DNA from: Eledone cirrhosa
Taxonomy: Eukaryota
NCBI GenBank assembly: GCA_964016885.1
Contig: OZ024742.1
Location: 51,584,001-51,648,000, forward strand
Direction: 5' to 3'
Length of the DNA: 64,000 bases
Shown here: piece after piece, positions 62,987-64,000 of the stretch
Layout: each line of letters begins with the position of its first letter
How positions within the stretch are numbered: the stretch's first letter is position 1
Translations under genes and position numbers: made by a program
Notes under the pieces: model-generated
Database searches by the model: none
What the model was told of the DNA's origin: nothing
Seen by the model: the letters and a program-made list of their open reading frames with translations, nothing else

Positions 62987-63631
62987 GTACACTATTAAGA
63001 ATGTCTCTGATTATGGCCTTATCTGGCAATCATTGCTGCACCGATCATTCACAGTGGTTATATGTATATACCATGCAGATATTGCATAACCAATTCCATA
63101 AAACTTCATCAGCGGATACAGTCCAACCTATCAACAGAAGGCTTGTGATGGCGCCCTCGGTAGCTGAGTCTTCATATAGTACTAAATGTAGCTGCTTCCA
63201 ACTTGTAGTAACACACGACATCAGAGGAGGTGTAAGTTGAATATCTAACCATGGCAAGGAAACCTTGCGGTGGAAAATTCAAATAATGAATTCTTAGCCA
63301 TAACCTCTCAAACAATGAAATAATTAAAAACAGACTTGCAAAGATTAACTGATGTATAAAAAGATAACCATTTTCCTTACATTTTTGTGTGAACATGATG
63401 ACTGGAAGATGAAATATATGAATTTATCAACAGATCTATTAGAAGATGGGCGGCGAATAATCTCGGGCGGTCCATTACACATTTGATGAGATATAGGATT
63501 GAATCTGAGAACGTACAAAACAATATCTCTGAGTGCAAACTATATACGTTAATCGTATTTGAGAGGGCAGCCCGTGGGTAATGATACTTCCATATCATAA
63601 CAATATAGTTCTGTTTTCACCCCGAAAGCGA

Positions 63632-63717
<86 letters not shown>

Positions 63718-63718
<1 letters not shown>

Positions 63719-63880
63719 TTCAGGACCCCGACGGCTGAGCACCCACCGTTTATCTGGCTGTCGAAACGGCCGGAGCTCAGCCGTCGGAGTCCTGAATCTT
63801 TCCATATGACGTACTCTATTAATCCATGTATCGAGTACTCTGGTGCTTTATGGTCCACCAGGTATCGTACCACACCCTCT
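63718..63880 (+). mobile_element. Hairpin-headed repeat, same family as 34786
   Basis: Inverted arms 63718-63740 and 63774-63797; follows (TA)n. Confidence 0.65.
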
Positions 63881-64000
63881 TCGTTATATCTATCTATCTA
63901 TCTATCAATATATATATATTACTAAATGTCTGTCATTACTTGGTTGCTTGTCTGTAATGTAATTCAGCCAAAAGGGAGCATAAAGGAAAATACTTTGAAA

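Larger units (their letters stand above)
61200..63600 (-). pseudogene. Fragmented SLC7/CAT-like remnant(s) interrupted by SINEs and PLE stubs
   Basis: VCYYKLEA, LLIGWT, YAISAW (63270-63050); IAVGA (~61740); RFVSHLLGL/FMNVYLIL*L (~61290-61230). Confidence 0.35.

Overview
AT-rich, microsatellite-dense eukaryotic DNA. The SINE family and repeat landscape resemble an Octopus/cephalopod genome (inference). I see no intact host gene. Recognisable transposons: a full-length Ty3/gypsy LTR element with one open gag-pol ORF (26379-31287, -), a decayed R4/Dong-like LINE, two decayed Tx1/L1-like LINEs, CR1, CRE and mariner fragments, MITEs, a solo LTR, about ten tRNA-derived SINE copies or fragments, and many 5'-truncated Penelope-like elements (PLEs) sitting in (TA)n tracts. 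Top finding: a retrozyme-like tandem array of ~470-530 bp non-coding monomers (16717-19232). Four monomers carry an identical, complete minimal type I hammerhead ribozyme on the minus strand. Monomers also carry an internal (TA)n tract and an octamer/PSE-like/TATA cassette, and the array ends in a PLE-style terminal inversion. Other highlights are a ~720-bp inverted duplication of nearby DNA fused to a PLE 5' end, further PLE hammerheads, and four heavily decayed SLC7/CAT-like transporter remnants (low confidence, read by eye).
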